Position numbers and translations under genes: made by a program | Notes under the pieces: model-generated | Database searches by the model: none | Told to the model about the DNA's origin: nothing | Seen by the model: the letters and a program-made list of their open reading frames with translations, nothing else | Assembly (NCBI GenBank): GCA_947497315.1 | Contig: CANMFX010000005.1 | Span: forward strand, 14,873 to 78,872 | DNA length: 64,000 nt | DNA from: an uncultured Sphingomonadaceae bacterium | GTDB taxonomy: Bacteria; Pseudomonadota; Alphaproteobacteria; Sphingomonadales; Sphingomonadaceae | Direction of reading: 5' to 3' | Shown: positions 62,091 through 64,000 of the stretch, one piece after another | Position numbering within the stretch: the stretch's first letter is position 1 | Layout of the letters: every line of letters begins with the position of its first letter

Positions 62091-62203
62091 TAATACAAGC
62101 GATTAGACGGTTCGGGCAGCCGCGAAAAGCCCCTATTCTTTATGGCTTAGAAAAGTCGGATAATGTGGGTTATAAAGCGGCCGAAAATTCATCGGAGAAT
62201 CCC

Positions 62204-62731
62204 ATGCCTATAGACGAAAGCCGGACCTTCAAGCCGATCAACATCGCCCTTTTGACGGTGTCCGATACCCGTTCCATCAAGGAAGACACGTCTGGCGACA
62301 TCCTTGCAGAGCGCATTACGGACAAAGGTCATAACCTGATTTATCGCAATCTGATCCGTGACGACAAATCAAGAATCGTTGCGCAGCTGCACCAGTGGAT
62401 CGACGAAGAGGCGGTCGATGTGATCATCACCACCGGTGGTACCGGGCTGACCGGGCGTGACATCACACCGGAAGCCCTCGACGCGGTCAAGGACAAGGAC
62501 ATTCCGGGCTTTGGTGAACTGTTCCGCTGGCTCAGCTATGACAAAATCGGGACATCCACTGTCCAGTCCCGCGCCTGTGCCGTGGTATCGAGAGGTACGT
62601 ATATTTTTGCACTGCCCGGCTCCAATGGTGCGGTAAAGGACGGTTGGGACGGCATATTGGATACACAGCTCGACAGCCGCCACAGGCCCTGTAACTTTGT
62701 TGAGTTGATCCCAAGGCTGCTCGAACAATAA
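62204..62731 (+). CDS. moaB: Molybdenum cofactor biosynthesis protein MoaB
   Basis: LTVSDTR, DTSG, TTGGTG...[24 protein letters not shown]. Start refined to 62204. Confidence 0.92.
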   Translation: MPIDESRTFKPINIALLTVSDTRSIKEDTSGDILAERITDKGHNLIYRNLIRDDKSRIVAQLHQWIDEEAVDVIITTGGTGLTGRDITPEALDAVKDKDIPGFGELFRWLSYDKIGTSTVQSRACAVVSRGTYIFALPGSNGAVKDGWDGILDTQLDSRHRPCNFVELIPRLLEQ

Positions 62732-62736
62732 TATTT

Positions 62737-62751
62737 GTTCTACTTTTGTTC
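62737..62751 (+). promoter_or_regulatory. LexA (SOS) box, alphaproteobacterial type
   Basis: Exact GTTC-N7-GTTC (GTTCtacttttGTTC), overlapping a TTGTTC-N17-TATATC promoter. Confidence 0.85.
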
Positions 62752-62769
62752 CTATGCTATATCTTATGC

Positions 62770-63867
62770 ATGGAACAGGAAAAAAGGCCGTCTTTGCCTG
62801 CGCTGAAAGGGCGCGGCGCGGTGACCAACAGCGACAGCAGCCGATTCAATTTGCCAAGCCGCGAAGCCGATGGCGACTGGTTGGACGAGCGTGAGGCACT
62901 GGGGGACGCGCCTGCCAAGCTGCGCACCGAGGTGACGACTGAGGCACCCAGATCGATATTGAGCTTTAACACCTCACCGGATATTCCGTTTGATCGTTCA
63001 ATCAACGCCTATCGCGGCTGCGAACATGGCTGCGTCTATTGTTACGCCCGCCCCACCCATGCCTATCATGACCTGTCACCGGGGCTGGATTTTGAAACCA
63101 AATTATTTGCCAAACCCAATGCCGCGACCTTGCTGCGCGAGACCCTTGCCAAACCCACTTATCGCCCAGCGCCGATTGCCATTGGCACCAACACCGATCC
63201 CTATCAGCCGATTGAAAAACGCTATCAGATTACGCGCCAGATATTGCAGGTCATGCTGGAAACCCGGCACCCGGTCGGCATTACAACCAAGTCCAACCGC
63301 GTGATTGATGATATTGAGATACTGGCTGAACTGGCCCGTCTGGGACTCACGGCCGTCGCTATTTCCGTCACGACGTTGGATGGCTCCCTGGCGCGCATAC
63401 TAGAGCCGCGCGCGCCCTCCCCGGCCAAACGGCTGGAGGCGGTTCGCACGCTGCGGGACCTCGCCATTCCCGTGCATGTCAACATCGCACCGGTCATTCC
63501 CGCCATCACCGATCATGAAATAGAAGCGATTGTGTCTGCCGCCGCCGAGCATGGCGCACAGAGCATTTCCATCATCCCGGTGCGCCTGCCGCATGAAGTC
63601 GCGCCCTTGTTCGAACAATGGCTCGAAGCGCATTTCCCCGACCGCAAACAAAAAGTCATGGGTATCATCGAATCCCTGCGCAACGGCAAGAAAAACGATC
63701 CCAATTTTCACAGCCGCATGAAAGGACAAGGCCCCTGGGCAAAATTGCTGCACCATCGCACCGCTATCGCCGCCCGCAAAAGCGGTCTGGGTCAGGCAAA
63801 ATTTACCCTGAGGACAGATTTGTTCCGCCGGCCGATTGTTAAAGGCAGCCAGATGGAGTTGTTTTGA
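62770..63867 (+). CDS. PA0069/Rv2578c-family radical SAM protein (SplB-like)
   Basis: SINAYRGCEHGCVYCYARPTH (CxxxCxxC), GTNTDPYQP, ITTKS, LEPRA. Start refined to ATG 62770. Confidence 0.9.
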   Translation: MEQEKRPSLPALKGRGAVTNSDSSRFNLPSREADGDWLDEREALGDAPAKLRTEVTTEAPRSILSFNTSPDIPFDRSINAYRGCEHGCVYCYARPTHAYHDLSPGLDFETKLFAKPNAATLLRETLAKPTYRPAPIAIGTNTDPYQPIEKRYQITRQILQVMLETRHPVGITTKSNRVIDDIEILAELARLGLTAVAISVTTLDGSLARILEPRAPSPAKRLEAVRTLRDLAIPVHVNIAPVIPAITDHEIEAIVSAAAEHGAQSISIIPVRLPHEVAPLFEQWLEAHFPDRKQKVMGIIESLRNGKKNDPNFHSRMKGQGPWAKLLHHRTAIAARKSGLGQAKFTLRTDLFRRPIVKGSQMELF

Positions 63868-63929
63868 TCCTGCGGCAGATAGGAAAACCAAATCCTTTCC
63901 TTTGGCCTGCGCCATGGTTACATTTCCCC

Positions 63930-64000
63930 ATGACCAAAAAACAGAATGTCACCTACGCCAGCTATCTTGCTCTCGACACCTTGCTGTCGGCCCAGCACCC
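63930..64000 (+). CDS. kynA: Probable tryptophan 2,3-dioxygenase, N-terminal fragment (runs off the window)
   Basis: MTKKQNVTYASYLALDTLLSAQHP matches the TDO N-terminal YxxYLxLDxLLSAQxP motif; only 23 codons are visible. Confidence 0.6.
   Translation, partial: MTKKQNVTYASYLALDTLLSAQH

Overview
A gene-dense core-genome segment of an alphaproteobacterium. Gene order and protein features suggest the Sphingomonadales (inference, no database search run). It is mostly housekeeping: trmFO, pdhAB, ftsB-eno, greA-carB-carA, yqeY-dnaG-rpoD, tyrS, recG, sdhE-mfd, moaA-NAD kinase, tRNA-Asn(GTT), secA, argJ, and the conserved divL-tsaE-amgK-murU-addB-addA-trxA cluster. I found no transposase, integrase, prophage, rRNA or CRISPR array. 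The non-routine elements are: (i) an orphan three-gene Tad tip-pilin/adhesin operon with a candidate CtrA box; (ii) a five-gene operon of membrane-anchored ElaB/YqjD-like, holin-like and DUF3618-like proteins, the first with histone-like KKPA repeats; (iii) a stand-alone, degenerate WYL-like protein facing a MoxR-VWA pair; (iv) two small orphan genes inserted with stop/start overlaps into essential operons (carA-carB and yqeY-dnaG); (v) a perfect alphaproteobacterial LexA box over the promoter of a probably leaderless radical-SAM gene; (vi) an AT-rich orphan gene beside tRNA-Asn; (vii) Caulobacter-type cell-cycle and c-di-GMP parts (DivL with His->Tyr, PilZ, degenerate GGDEF-EAL, clustered GANTC sites). 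Many start coordinates are refined by hand relative to the ORF track. All product calls rest on motif recognition and gene context only.
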